A stretch of 64,000 bases of DNA from a virus: positions 1 to 64,000 of the IMG/VR virus record IMGVR_UViG_3300046501_000460; one strand, written 5' to 3'. Both the position numbers and the translations under genes were made by a program. The notes beneath the pieces are model-generated. The model was not told the origin of the DNA. It saw only the letters and a program-made list of their open reading frames with translations, and did not search any database. This document shows, piece after piece, positions 1-9,435 of the stretch (positions within the stretch are counted from its first letter, which is position 1; every line of letters begins with the position of its first letter).

Positions 1-690
1 GGCACGCAGCTGCGCGGCGATCTGGCGGCCAATCGACCGCGACGACTCCTCGCTCGGCAGGCCGAGGAGCGCGCGGGCGTCGATGGGCGAGGCCGACTTA
101 ACGCGCAGCGCGGCGTCGCGCGCGGCGTTCATCGCGCGCGCCTGATCGATCTCGGATTCGGTGGCGCCAGCCAGCGGCTTGAATGTGGTCTGGTATAGGG
201 ATTTGGCGTTGGCCTGGAACTGCTTGAGCTTTTCGAGTTGACCATCCAGCGACTGCGCGGTCGTGGCCGCCAGCTCGCCATAGCGTGCCCGAACCGCCTC
301 AACCGGGATGCCTTGCGCGAGCTGGTTGAACGCCGCGGTGACGTTCGCAGCCGAGCCGCGCTGGATCTGTTCCCAGGTGCGAGCGTTGGCGGTCTTCATG
401 CGCAGGCCGGCGGCCTCGATCGCAGCCGCCGCCTTGGCGCCGCCCTCCTCGATGGCCTGCGCCTGGCGGCCGGTCATCGAGGCGATCATCTTGTCCGACG
501 TCGCGGCGAGGTTGGCGAAGCCGGTCACCATGGTGGCCTGCATCAGCTCCATCTGCTGCGCAAGCCGGTCGAGGGCCGAGTTGCTGCCGAGCGCCTCCAT
601 CGACGAGATCAGGCGATCAAGGCTCGATGTCACCTTGTCGATGCTCTCGCCACCAATCGCCACTACGTTTACGTCAATTTGATCGCTCAT
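1..690 (-). CDS. Tail tape measure protein, N-terminal part (runs off the window)
   Basis: Open frame from ATG at 690 (MSDQIDVNVVAIGGESIDKVTSSLDRL...). Ala/Gln-rich helical sequence, directly downstream of the tail chaperone pair. Confidence 0.85.
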   Translation of the reverse strand, partial: MSDQIDVNVVAIGGESIDKVTSSLDRLISSMEALGSNSALDRLAQQMELMQATMVTGFANLAATSDKMIASMTGRQAQAIEEGGAKAAAAIEAAGLRMKTANARTWEQIQRGSAANVTAAFNQLAQGIPVEAVRARYGELAATTAQSLDGQLEKLKQFQANAKSLYQTTFKPLAGATESEIDQARAMNAARDAALRVKSASPIDARALLGLPSEESSRSIGRQIAAQLRA

Positions 691-695
691 AAGCA

Positions 696-743
696 AAGCC
701 CCCGTTAGATTGCCATTATCTAACGGGGGCTTCCATGAAGCAA
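696..743 (-). promoter_or_regulatory. 15-bp perfect inverted repeat overlapping a TTGCTT-N17-GATAAT promoter, just upstream of the tape measure start
   Basis: Arms at 696-710 and 718-732. On the minus strand, -35 is at 743-738 and -10 at 720-715. The SD-like GGGGG lies inside the stem. Confidence 0.6.
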
Positions 744-756
744 GTTTTCTGCCAGG

Positions 757-1100
757 CTACTTCTTGGCCTGCTTTTCGGCGACAAACTCAAGGTAGGTGC
801 TGTCAAGCCGATTCACGAATCTGAGGATACGCTCACGTTCTGTAAGATTGTCTATTTGAAACATGATGCAGTACGACAAGATCTCGGACATCGGTATGGG
901 CAGCGGCCCGGCCATGCTCACGTTGCGGCTTCGGGAGAGAGTCTGGTACGCCGTGTAATAGTGGTACTGGCGAAAATCCAGTACCGGCCTATTTTGCAGC
1001 GCCTGGGGCGGGTGCCCCAGGTCTTCCTGCATCTGGAGCAGATACTCCAGCTGCGCTCCCCAGGTCAGATCCCAGCGGAGGTAGTCGGCGAGTTTTTTTC
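757..1100 (-). CDS. Tail assembly chaperone, frameshift extension (lambda gpT-like)
   Basis: The -1 frame after the slippery site GAA AAA AAC (1100-1092) reads KLADYLRWDLTWGAQLEYLLQMQEDLG..., continuous with ORF 757-1032. Confidence 0.85.
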
Positions 1101-1505
1101 GTCGACCTCCTCGGCCTTCACGCGGAAGTTGCGGAAGTCGGCGGCCTTCTTGGCCACTTCGGCCTGGAAGTCCTTGATCTGCAGCAGCATCTCGGCGTTG
1201 GCCACCGAGTACGGCAGCTCTTTGCCCTGGAAGCCCAGCGGACCGGTCCAGCCCAGCAGGATCGAACGGGACATGACGTGCGCCATGATCTTGTTCGAAC
1301 GATCTTCGGCGGTCGCCAGCTGCTCGTCGGTTTCCTTCTGGTCGAGGGTGTGCTTGTGTGCCTCGTACTGCTGCGCCAGCATGCGCGTGTACTTCGGGTT
1401 GTGTGCGCGGGCGATGATGAGCTTGACGCCGCCGCCCCAGTCGACCTCGCGGCCTTCGAGTTCAGCTTTCGGGTCGGTCGCGTACTGGCTCCAGATATCG
1501 AGCAT
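1065..1505 (-). CDS. Tail assembly chaperone (gpG-like)
   Basis: 146 aa, located between tail tube and tape measure, with an A-AAA-AAC slippery heptamer near its 3' end. Confidence 0.85.
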   Translation of the reverse strand: MLDIWSQYATDPKAELEGREVDWGGGVKLIIARAHNPKYTRMLAQQYEAHKHTLDQKETDEQLATAEDRSNKIMAHVMSRSILLGWTGPLGFQGKELPYSVANAEMLLQIKDFQAEVAKKAADFRNFRVKAEEVDEKNSPTTSAGI

Positions 1506-1615
1506 GATGTGTCCTTGCAGGGTTGAAATAGGGAAACCGTAGTGTGGAGAAAGAGTTGTCCGGTGTCAAGTTCTTCTTGGAAATGGCAACTGTGGTATGT
1601 TGCGGCCTACGCAGA

Positions 1616-1644
1616 ATAAAAAGGGCGCGACCGAAGTCGCGCCC
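1616..1644 (-). terminator. Rho-independent terminator after the tail tube gene
   Basis: GGGCGCGAC-TTCG-GTCGCGCCC followed by a T-run on the minus strand. Confidence 0.85.
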
Positions 1645-1672
1645 AACCCTGCTTCCCCACCCCTGAGAACTA

Positions 1673-2920
1673 TTACGGCGCCACGGCGTCGCCGACGCGG
1701 TCGATGATCAGCGTCTTGCGCAGGGCCGCGACAGCGTTGCCCTTATCCGACACGGCCGTGAAGCTGAATTCAGCCATCATATCAGTGTCTTGACCACCTG
1801 CCAGCACCTGGCCGTCCGACAGCATCGCCTTCGGCACGGTGAACACGTAGCCGTTGCCGACCGAGTCCTGCGTCGACACGATGAACGACGTGTAGGTATC
1901 TGCCAGGAACTTGGCGAACAGCGCGCCGTTGGCGAAGTATACCGTGATCTTGCCGGTCACCTTGAAGGTGCCGATGCCCACACCGACCAGACCCAGCACA
2001 CCGGCCGCGTCCTGCGCGCGCAGACCGCTGTCGATGTCGAACGAGATCGACTTGATCGACGTCGAGGTCAGCGGCGCGCCGCCTTCCCACAGCTGGCCCA
2101 GGCCGCGCACGCCGTTCTGGATATCGTACGTCTTCGAGGCGGCGACCGTGCCAGTCAGCTGCGTCGTGCCGTTGGACAGCATGTCCTTGCCGAGGAACGT
2201 GAACGTGGCTTCGGTCAGCGACTTCGAGGCGAACGTGGTCGAGAACTTCGACACGTTCATGCCGCGGAAAGTATGGTACTGGCCCACATCCAGCATCTGC
2301 TTCTCGATCGAGAACGGCTGCAGCGTCACGCCGTTGGAGATGCGCGAGCCGGAGATGACCGCGCCGGTGATGGCGCCCTCGGCCTTCAGCGGCGTGTTCA
2401 CGTCCAGCGTGATGGTCGTGGTGCCGTTGGTCGACAGCACGCGCACGAGGTTGTCCGTGGTCGGGTTGTTCACCGCGCCCGGCAAATCGACGAGGATCCA
2501 CTGGCCAGCAACGAGGTTCGAAAATGCGCTGGTACCGGTCGGCGCTGCGCCAGCGGTGATCACCGTGGAGGTTGTGCCCAGCACGCCGGCCGTCACGGAA
2601 GTCACGTTGAAAGCGGCACCAACGCCGTTGGTGCCGTAGGCAGCCCAGGTCGAGCGCATCAGGCCGGCCAGGAAGCGATCGTATTCAGCGTACTGCAGGT
2701 GCACCTTGATGTCGCCTTCGGCTTGCGCGCCGGTGGTGGTCATCGAGGTCAGTTCGGCGTTCGGGTTCAGCTCCTTGTCGTTTTCTTTCGACAGGTTGAA
2801 CTTGAGGGACTCGCCCGTGTTGCGCAGCGCGTACGGGTTGCCGGTGGTCGGGATGGTGCCGAAAGTCGATTCCAGCACATACGCCAGCTGGAGGCGATTG
2901 GCTGCTGCAAACGTGGGCAT
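1673..2920 (-). CDS. Major tail tube protein
   Basis: 415 aa, Thr/Gly-rich, N-terminal LAYVLESTFGTIPTT motif typical of siphovirus tail tubes; position in the tail cluster. Confidence 0.85.
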   Translation of the reverse strand: MPTFAAANRLQLAYVLESTFGTIPTTGNPYALRNTGESLKFNLSKENDKELNPNAELTSMTTTGAQAEGDIKVHLQYAEYDRFLAGLMRSTWAAYGTNGVGAAFNVTSVTAGVLGTTSTVITAGAAPTGTSAFSNLVAGQWILVDLPGAVNNPTTDNLVRVLSTNGTTTITLDVNTPLKAEGAITGAVISGSRISNGVTLQPFSIEKQMLDVGQYHTFRGMNVSKFSTTFASKSLTEATFTFLGKDMLSNGTTQLTGTVAASKTYDIQNGVRGLGQLWEGGAPLTSTSIKSISFDIDSGLRAQDAAGVLGLVGVGIGTFKVTGKITVYFANGALFAKFLADTYTSFIVSTQDSVGNGYVFTVPKAMLSDGQVLAGGQDTDMMAEFSFTAVSDKGNAVAALRKTLIIDRVGDAVAP

Positions 2921-2989
2921 GGTAGTTCTCCGAGGAAATTTCCCCGAAGTCTACCAAGGAAATATTGCCACGTGTAAATAGTTTGCCAC

Positions 2990-3421
2990 TTATTTGTGCA
3001 GCTTCGTAAAGTAGTAGAACGGGATGATCGCCGGCTCGTACCAGAGACCCAGATGCGCGCGGCCGCCGACCATCTGGGCCGCCTGCAGCTGCACACCTCC
3101 AAGGTTCTGGGTGCTGAAGTAGGGCAGCACGAAGTCACGCAGATCCTCGGCGTCGGCCACGCCGGCACCGCTCTTGACGACCGCCGTCAGCACGAGCTGG
3201 CCGTCAACGCGCACGAGTGGATCCGGGCCGATCTCGGCCTGGTCGCCGCCCATCGCCGCGATCACCACCTGCAGGAACGGGTCGGTCTGCTTCGACAGAT
3301 CGATCAGCGTGCGGTTGGGCGTCTCGACCGCAAGCGGGTAAGTGGTGAAGTCGGCAACGATCTGATTGACGACGGCCATGATGTTGGCGCGCGCGGCGCT
3401 GAAGGTGAGGGGCGTGGTCAT
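2990..3421 (-). CDS. Putative tail terminator/completion protein
   Basis: 143 aa immediately upstream of the tail tube gene; synteny. Confidence 0.6.
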   Translation of the reverse strand: MTTPLTFSAARANIMAVVNQIVADFTTYPLAVETPNRTLIDLSKQTDPFLQVVIAAMGGDQAEIGPDPLVRVDGQLVLTAVVKSGAGVADAEDLRDFVLPYFSTQNLGGVQLQAAQMVGGRAHLGLWYEPAIIPFYYFTKLHK

Positions 3422-3954
3422 GGCGCGGGATCCTTGGGTTTGATGTTCTGGGCCAGCGTGCGGATGTAGACTTCGATGCTGGTGTGCGACGGGATGACGT
3501 TCTCCGGGCGCAGGCGCTCGATTCCGTCGAGGCCCTGCATCATCGTGCCGCTGTCATCGACGCGCAGCTCGGTCGCGTTCACGAAGTGCACGCGGCTCTT
3601 CAGCGTCACCTTCTTGAGCTGCGCGGCGCCACGGCCGAGCGAGGACCGGACGGCTTCCGGGTCGCCCGCCTGGTGCATGCGGTAGGTGGTGGTGCCATTC
3701 GGGTTCTCCACGGGCACGGTCGATGCGGCCAGCTTCTCCGGCCACATCTTGTAGACCGGCATGTCGCCGTCGACGACGATGTTCCAGTTGCTGGCGAAAT
3801 CGCCCGACCATTGCGGCGACACCATCACCGCCCGCTCGTACAGGTAGTACAGCTTCTGCCGGAAGCGGCCCTCCGCAGTCTTGTGCAGCTTGGCACGCAC
3901 CGCCTCCAGTTTCTTGAGGTTCATGCGGATCGTGTCCGCGCGTACCGCAATCAC
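3418..3954 (-). CDS. Putative neck/tail-completion protein (HK97 gp10-like)
   Basis: SPQWSGDFASNW motif resembles the sPvdTG.f..nW motif of this family; synteny. Confidence 0.55.
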   Translation of the reverse strand: MIAVRADTIRMNLKKLEAVRAKLHKTAEGRFRQKLYYLYERAVMVSPQWSGDFASNWNIVVDGDMPVYKMWPEKLAASTVPVENPNGTTTYRMHQAGDPEAVRSSLGRGAAQLKKVTLKSRVHFVNATELRVDDSGTMMQGLDGIERLRPENVIPSHTSIEVYIRTLAQNIKPKDPAP

Positions 3955-4790
3955 ACCAGCCTCACGCGCAGGACGCGCGCGTCCTGCTCGACGATCGAGG
4001 TCAGCACGCGCCAGCGCGCGCCCATCATCGTCAGCTCGCTGTTCGGCTGTGGCGCGATGCTGGCGCTGGCGACGAATACCACGCGATCACCTGGCTGGTT
4101 GTCGGCCTCGACCTGCGCGCGGTAGCGATAGAACTTGAGCGAGTCGGCCTGCACCACCGGCAAGGTGGTCGAGATCTCGTTGAACTTGTCGGTCACGAGA
4201 TTCAGTACGCCAGTGGTGAACGTCGCACTCTGGCGCGCGTCGGCGTCGAATTCGTCCGCCTCCAGCATGCACAGGCCATTGACCTCGGCGTAAACGCCGC
4301 GTACACGGTACAGGGTCGAGCCCTCGCGCAGGAACTTGCCGCGCACGTTCGCGGCCTCGTTCGGCGTGACGGAAACGCCCCAGAGCGGATCCCAATCACT
4401 GTAGGCTTTCGGGTTGCCCGAGTCCTTGTACAGCTCCTTCTGCGCGTACAACAGCGTGCCTCCGGCGTCGGCGCAGGCCTCGGCCGGCGTGAGCATGTGC
4501 ATCGGGCTGGTGCCGCGCTTGATGTCCCAGATACGGCGGATGCTGACACCCTGGAAGCTGTCGATCGAGCTGTTGCCGACGAGCCAAGGTTCGCCCAGCA
4601 AGGTGATCACGCCGCGCGCGGGCGCGGTGACGTCGACGGTGGTCGTCATCGATCGCCGGCGGATGGTGGCGCCGGCCGAAGTCTGGTCGGTCGCGGCCTT
4701 CGAGTGGCAGTGAAACAGGTAGGCGCCGGTGTACGCGTCGTACACCGGATCGTTGTTGAAGTACGACGCGACGGCCGCGAACTCCATCAT
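3951..4790 (-). CDS. Virion structural protein (head closure-like)
   Basis: Real start is MMEFAAVASYF at 4790, coupled to the upstream stop; lies in the head-tail joining cluster. Confidence 0.55.
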   Translation of the reverse strand: MMEFAAVASYFNNDPVYDAYTGAYLFHCHSKAATDQTSAGATIRRRSMTTTVDVTAPARGVITLLGEPWLVGNSSIDSFQGVSIRRIWDIKRGTSPMHMLTPAEACADAGGTLLYAQKELYKDSGNPKAYSDWDPLWGVSVTPNEAANVRGKFLREGSTLYRVRGVYAEVNGLCMLEADEFDADARQSATFTTGVLNLVTDKFNEISTTLPVVQADSLKFYRYRAQVEADNQPGDRVVFVASASIAPQPNSELTMMGARWRVLTSIVEQDARVLRVRLV

Positions 4791-5275
4791 CAGGCCCCGG
4801 TGACCGGATCGGTCGACAGGCCGACCGCGACCCCGAAGACCTCGACGATGGCGGCCGGCGGCTGCGCCGCGGTGTTGATCAGCGCGTACGCCTTCTGCAG
4901 GCGCGAGCGCATGGCTGACAACACCGCGCCGATATCGCGACCCAGCTGCTCGTACGGGTTGACGTTGCGTGTGAGCTCGGCCTTCTCGTCCTTGATGGTG
5001 AGCGGCGCGAACATCGGCAGGGCGCCCAGACACTGCTGGGCCACGTTGTACGCGGCGTACGCCTGCATCAGGTCGAGGAAGCGATCCTGATCAGCGGTAC
5101 GTACGGTCAGCGCGCTGATCATGGCGAAGTCGGAAATGATCTGGGTGTTCAGGTCGCGCAGATCCTCGCGCAGCCGCGTCGAGTAGATCGAGTTGGTCAG
5201 GACGGCGTCGGGCAGTTCCTGCGCCGAGACGCCAAGTGCGGCGCGCACGCTGTCAGTGGTCACGAGGTCGGTCAT
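4790..5275 (-). CDS. Head-tail adaptor protein
   Basis: 161 aa helical protein beginning MTDLVTTDSVRAALGVS; synteny. Confidence 0.6.
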   Translation of the reverse strand: MTDLVTTDSVRAALGVSAQELPDAVLTNSIYSTRLREDLRDLNTQIISDFAMISALTVRTADQDRFLDLMQAYAAYNVAQQCLGALPMFAPLTIKDEKAELTRNVNPYEQLGRDIGAVLSAMRSRLQKAYALINTAAQPPAAIVEVFGVAVGLSTDPVTGA

Positions 5276-5297
5276 TTATTTCTCCTAGGATGGAGAT

Positions 5298-5316
5298 ATT
5301 GTGGCACAGAAATTGC
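5298..5316 (-). promoter_or_regulatory. Putative phage late promoter (GCAA-N6-TGCCACAAT)
   Basis: Minus strand GCAATTTCTGTGCCACAAT. The same motif recurs before several structural genes. Confidence 0.65.
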
Positions 5317-5322
5317 TTCTGG

Positions 5323-5350
5323 CAAAGAAAAGCCCGCCTCGTGGGCGGGC
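5323..5350 (-). terminator. Rho-independent terminator
   Basis: GCCCGCC stem pair (5332-5338 / 5344-5350) followed by TTTTCTTT on the minus strand. Confidence 0.7.
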
Positions 5351-5370
5351 CTTCTGTGGCGCGTCGTTGG

Positions 5371-5619
5371 TTATTTCGGCGCCGGCGTGAAGTCGACGTA
5401 GAAGGTGTCACCCTGGCGGAAGCGGCCCAGCAGTTCGGGATTGGTCACCGTCATCTGCAGGCTGGCCGACGGCGTCCAGTTCGCGAACGTGTTGTTCTCG
5501 TCGCTGCCGTCCGCCGGATAGCCGTCCGACTTGCAGACGGCGTTGAAGTGCAGAGTCTCGCAGCCGGAGCCCACGGCCACGTAGGAGACCGCCATCTTGG
5601 CGCGCATCACGGCGCTCAT
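5371..5619 (-). CDS. Conserved small phage protein
   Basis: MSAVMRAKM...DENNTFANWTPSASLQMTVTNP...FYVDFTPA; start coupled to the upstream stop. Confidence 0.7.
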   Translation of the reverse strand: MSAVMRAKMAVSYVAVGSGCETLHFNAVCKSDGYPADGSDENNTFANWTPSASLQMTVTNPELLGRFRQGDTFYVDFTPAPK

Positions 5620-5948
5620 TCCTGCACCTCGCCGGCTGCCGGAGCCTGCACGTTCGGGTGTGCCTGCACGGTCGAGACCAGATCGGCTTCGCGCATGCGC
5701 TGCTCGGCCGCGGCTGCACGCGCAAGGCGGTCGGCTTCGTCGGCTTCGTTCTGGGCGTTGATCTTGGCCAGGTCCTTTTCGGTCGGCTCGTCGTTCGGAT
5801 CCGGGCAGCGGATGATGGTGGGCTGCTCGTGGACCCATTTGGTCAGCTCGGCCTTGGTGGCCTCACCCGGCTCGAAGCGGGCGCCCGAGTAGGGATCGAC
5901 CATCGGGAATTCGGTGGTGTTCTTCAGCCAAACACGTTGGTTTGCCAT
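5616..5948 (-). CDS. Hypothetical late protein
   Basis: Start MANQRVWLKN with a GAGGA RBS; preceded by the late promoter motif. Confidence 0.7.
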   Translation of the reverse strand: MANQRVWLKNTTEFPMVDPYSGARFEPGEATKAELTKWVHEQPTIIRCPDPNDEPTEKDLAKINAQNEADEADRLARAAAAEQRMREADLVSTVQAHPNVQAPAAGEVQE

Positions 5949-5977
5949 GGTGGTGGTCCTCAAGTTGTGGAGCGGGT

Positions 5978-6021
5978 ATTGTGGCACGGAAACTGCTAGG
6001 TGGCAATTTGTTTGCTATACT
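5978..6021. promoter_or_regulatory. Back-to-back late-type promoters
   Basis: Minus strand GCAGTTTCCGTGCCACAAT (5996-5978); plus strand GCAATTTGTTTGCTATACT (6003-6021). Confidence 0.6.
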
Positions 6022-6052
6022 AAAGGTTCAATAAACTTCATGAGGTAGGAAA

Positions 6053-6913
6053 ATGCTCTGGATCCCACTCACCGAACCACATCGCCTGCCGGCCGCGTGC
6101 GGCCTGTACCTGATCCGCCATCGCGAGTCTGGCCTGGAATACGTGGGCAAGTCCGTGAACATCCGCTCTCGGGCCTACGATCATCGCCGGGCCCGCACCG
6201 GCGTCACGTACTTGTACCGTGCGATCCGTAAGCACGGCGTCGAGGCATTCGATATTTGCGTGCTGGCGCTTGGCACCGAGGCCGAGATGACGCAACTGGA
6301 GATCGACACGATCGCCGCGCGCGGCACGTTCAACCCAGCCGGCTACAACCAGACGCGTGGCGGGGATGGCATCTCCGGTTATCGGGCGACACCGGAGCAT
6401 CGCGCAGCGATCAGCGCGCGGCAGCTGGGCCGGGCGATCACCGAAGAGACGAAAGCGAAAATGCGAGAGTCGCGGCTGATCAACAACCCGTTCAGAGGGC
6501 GCAGGCACTCGCCGGAAACGTTGGCGAAGATGTCCGCCGCGCTGACTGGGCGGCCTTCCGTCAAATCAGAGGAAGGGATGGAATCGTTCAGAGCGGCGAT
6601 GGCGAAGCGTCGAGGTAAGCCGGGGCATAAGCACACCGATGAAATGCGGCAACATCTGAGCGACGTCAAGAAGGGCGTCCCGAGGCCTGATGGATTTGGA
6701 GATCGCTATCGCGGAGAGAAGAATCCCATGTTCGGAAAACGCTCAGCATTTGCGAAGCAGGTTATAGCCTGGGTGCCGAATAGCCTGACACCGATGACGT
6801 TTGACACAGCTGAACTGGCAGCGATATGGGCAGGCTGCAGTGCTGCGAGCATGAGTGCTTATTGCTCCGGTAAGCAAAGAGCAAAATCTGGAATCCTATT
6901 TGCGTTCGCATGA
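6053..6913 (+). CDS. Free-standing GIY-YIG homing endonuclease with NUMOD3 repeats
   Basis: GLYLIRH...YVGKSVNIRSRAYDH (GIY-YIG variant), GYNQTRGGDG, and repeated H(S/T)xETxAKMS NUMOD3 motifs; antisense within the head cluster. Confidence 0.9.
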   Translation: MLWIPLTEPHRLPAACGLYLIRHRESGLEYVGKSVNIRSRAYDHRRARTGVTYLYRAIRKHGVEAFDICVLALGTEAEMTQLEIDTIAARGTFNPAGYNQTRGGDGISGYRATPEHRAAISARQLGRAITEETKAKMRESRLINNPFRGRRHSPETLAKMSAALTGRPSVKSEEGMESFRAAMAKRRGKPGHKHTDEMRQHLSDVKKGVPRPDGFGDRYRGEKNPMFGKRSAFAKQVIAWVPNSLTPMTFDTAELAAIWAGCSAASMSAYCSGKQRAKSGILFAFA

Positions 6914-6915
6914 AA

Positions 6916-6946
6916 AAATAAAGCGACCTAGAAAGGTCGCTTTATT
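6916..6946. terminator. Bidirectional terminator between the GIY-YIG and capsid genes
   Basis: AATAAAGCGACCT-AGAA-AGGTCGCTTTATT. Confidence 0.8.
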
Positions 6947-6987
6947 AGAAGCAATCTCCTGCTGACAGGAGATCACTAGTTAAATCA

Positions 6988-8211
6988 TTACGAGATTACG
7001 AGTCGGTCGAAAGGAGTCAACTCCAGATCACCAAACGTCCTGTAGCACTCGGCCGACCAGTGCATAACCATCATCTCGCTGCGACGCAGGATGAAGGACT
7101 CGGTCGCCTGGTACTCGGCTTCCGTGTTGCTGACCAGCGTGATCGCCTTCGAAGCGTCCAGGGCCCAGACTTCGCCGGCCGGGATCGGGCCGCCTTCGGC
7201 TGCCGAGTCGACGATGAAGAACTTCACGTCCTGGAACGCCAGGTTGCCGACGCGGGCTTGCGCTTCGACGATCGGCAGGCGCTGGTCGTAAGCCGACAGG
7301 CCCGGGCGGCCGGTGCGTGCCTCGATTTTCAGGTACGTGTCGATATCGCAAGCTGCGTGCGTGATACGGCGCTTCTTGCGGTTGCGTGCCAGGAACTTCA
7401 CCCAGGCCTTGTGCGTCAGCACGCCGCCGGTGGCAGCCGAGTCCAGCGAGGTCGACGTCACGGACGGGACGGCGCCGATCACCATGTCGTTGTCGCCCAT
7501 GAAGATGCTCGACATGTAGGTGTAGACGCGCTGGTCCTTCTCGATCTCGAGGTAGCGCTTGACGGTCATGGCCAGCAGATCGATGGTCTGCGCCTTCATG
7601 GCCTGCTGCGACATCTCGATACCCATGCCGTAGGTCGGCAGGCGGCGGATCCGGTCGGACGTGGTGATCGACAGGATCGTCGGCGTCACGGCCAGCTGGG
7701 CGATGCGCTGCGCCTTGGCCTGGTTCGGACCTTGCGGGCCGGGCGTGGCGTAGTTGATGACCGGCTGTTCGAACGAGTCGCCGCCGATCGAGATGGTCTG
7801 GGCGACCATGTCGTTGAACATCACGGTGTCGGTCTCGCGATCCGGCTGGATGGCCGATTCGACGTACGCGATCAGCGCGGCCGGGAACAGGTTGCGCGAC
7901 TGGGTACCCAGCGGCGAACCCTTCTGCTGCACGTTGGTCGGGCTGCCGGCGTTGATGCCGCTGGTGCCTTCCAGGATCTCGGCCACGGTCGGTGCGCGCA
8001 GGCCGAAGATATTGTCCTTCGGCGCGCCGATGATACCTTCGGAGGCGCAGATCTGGGCGAAGGGCGTGCCCTTGCCCATGTCCGCGTCCTTCTGGTACAG
8101 CGAGTTGATGTACTGCGGGACCGACTTCTTGGCGGTCTTGGCGGCCGCGTAGACGGAAGCGTCGACCGTGACCGGCTGGGCGTTGCCCGATTTATCGATG
8201 AAAAATGCCAT
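6988..8211 (-). CDS. Major capsid protein
   Basis: 407 aa following protease, scaffold and decoration genes; YGMGIEMSQQAM resembles an HK97-fold capsid segment. Confidence 0.8.
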   Translation of the reverse strand: MAFFIDKSGNAQPVTVDASVYAAAKTAKKSVPQYINSLYQKDADMGKGTPFAQICASEGIIGAPKDNIFGLRAPTVAEILEGTSGINAGSPTNVQQKGSPLGTQSRNLFPAALIAYVESAIQPDRETDTVMFNDMVAQTISIGGDSFEQPVINYATPGPQGPNQAKAQRIAQLAVTPTILSITTSDRIRRLPTYGMGIEMSQQAMKAQTIDLLAMTVKRYLEIEKDQRVYTYMSSIFMGDNDMVIGAVPSVTSTSLDSAATGGVLTHKAWVKFLARNRKKRRITHAACDIDTYLKIEARTGRPGLSAYDQRLPIVEAQARVGNLAFQDVKFFIVDSAAEGGPIPAGEVWALDASKAITLVSNTEAEYQATESFILRRSEMMVMHWSAECYRTFGDLELTPFDRLVIS

Positions 8212-8216
8212 TTTAA

Positions 8217-8765
8217 TTAGCTCCCGATGCGCGAGATGACGATGGTGGTGCCGGGGGCGCCGGTACCTGCGGTGCCCAGCGAAACAACGCGCCAGGGATA
8301 AGCTGCCAGTTTTGCTTGCGCGCCGGCTTCGGTCAGCGTGGCCGGGACGGCGCCGATCTGGACGGTCGACTTGAGGACTTTCGGATACGGGTTGGCCATC
8401 GCGGTGCCCTTGGCTTCCTGCGTGCCGGCCACGACGTAGTCGCCGATCGCAAGGTTGCCGGTGCCTTCGGTCGCCTGCAGGCCGTTGGCCGTGACGTAGG
8501 CTTCCTTCTCTTCCTTCAGGCCGCCGACCGACCAGCCGTCGGACAGGGCTTGCTCGACCGAGGTGATGATGCCTTCGATCATGTCGCCGGCGGTGGCCAC
8601 GTCGAACTGCGATTCGCCGACCAGCTTGACGATCTTGCCCTCGTCGAGGTAGGTCATGGAGCCGCCGGTACCCGGGACGCCAGCCGTCGCACGGGCAGAA
8701 CCCAGGCGGACGGTCATGACGTCAGGGGTCGGACCCGTCGGCGTGATGTAGTGTGCTTTGGACAT
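8217..8765 (-). CDS. Head decoration protein
   Basis: 182 aa, Gly/Thr-rich, directly upstream of the capsid gene. Confidence 0.6.
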   Translation of the reverse strand: MSKAHYITPTGPTPDVMTVRLGSARATAGVPGTGGSMTYLDEGKIVKLVGESQFDVATAGDMIEGIITSVEQALSDGWSVGGLKEEKEAYVTANGLQATEGTGNLAIGDYVVAGTQEAKGTAMANPYPKVLKSTVQIGAVPATLTEAGAQAKLAAYPWRVVSLGTAGTGAPGTTIVISRIGS

Positions 8766-8776
8766 GGTGATCCCCT

Positions 8777-9385
8777 TTATTTAACGAGTGCGTTCTGCAT
8801 GGTCGCGGCGAGCATCGGATCGAGCTCGGCCTTGACGGTCGATTTGTCTTCCGGCGTGGCCGCAGCTGCGACGCCGCCGACGCGGAACTGGGTCTTGAAC
8901 ACGCCGTCGATGCGCGCATGCTCAGCGACGATGTTGGTGGCGGTATAGCCTGCAGCGATGTCGGCCGAGCCGCCCAGCGCCACCAGCTTCTCCCCGATCA
9001 CTGCGCGCAGCGCGCCGACGAGACCGTCGACAGCGGCAGCCTGCGCCTTGAAACCCTCGACCTCGACCCGGGCCGCGATCAGGGCAGCATCCTTTTCGGT
9101 CAACTGCGCTTGCAGATGCGCGACCAGCTCGGACGGCGCGGCGGCAGCGGCCGGCGATGCGATGCCGGTACCTTCGGCCGGCGGCGCGGCCGGCGTGGCA
9201 GCGCCGGTAGCAGCGGCTGCTGCAGCAGCGGCAGCGGCGGCATCGTCAGCGCCCGGCGCGGCGGCCGGATCGGCTGCAGCCGGATTACCCGGCGGATTGG
9301 CTTCCGGCGCGGTCGCCAGCGAGGCGATCACTTCCGGGGTAGCTCCGGTCGCCAAGGCGGCGAGTTGTGCGGCGTTGAGTTTCAT
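8777..9385 (-). CDS. Capsid scaffold protein
   Basis: Ala/Pro-rich low-complexity region plus a coiled coil, between protease and decoration genes. Confidence 0.6.
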   Translation of the reverse strand: MKLNAAQLAALATGATPEVIASLATAPEANPPGNPAAADPAAAPGADDAAAAAAAAAAATGAATPAAPPAEGTGIASPAAAAAPSELVAHLQAQLTEKDAALIAARVEVEGFKAQAAAVDGLVGALRAVIGEKLVALGGSADIAAGYTATNIVAEHARIDGVFKTQFRVGGVAAAATPEDKSTVKAELDPMLAATMQNALVK

Positions 9386-9435
9386 TTGGGCATCCTTTTG
9401 AACTGTGGCAATTATTAGGCACGATTTTTGCTATG

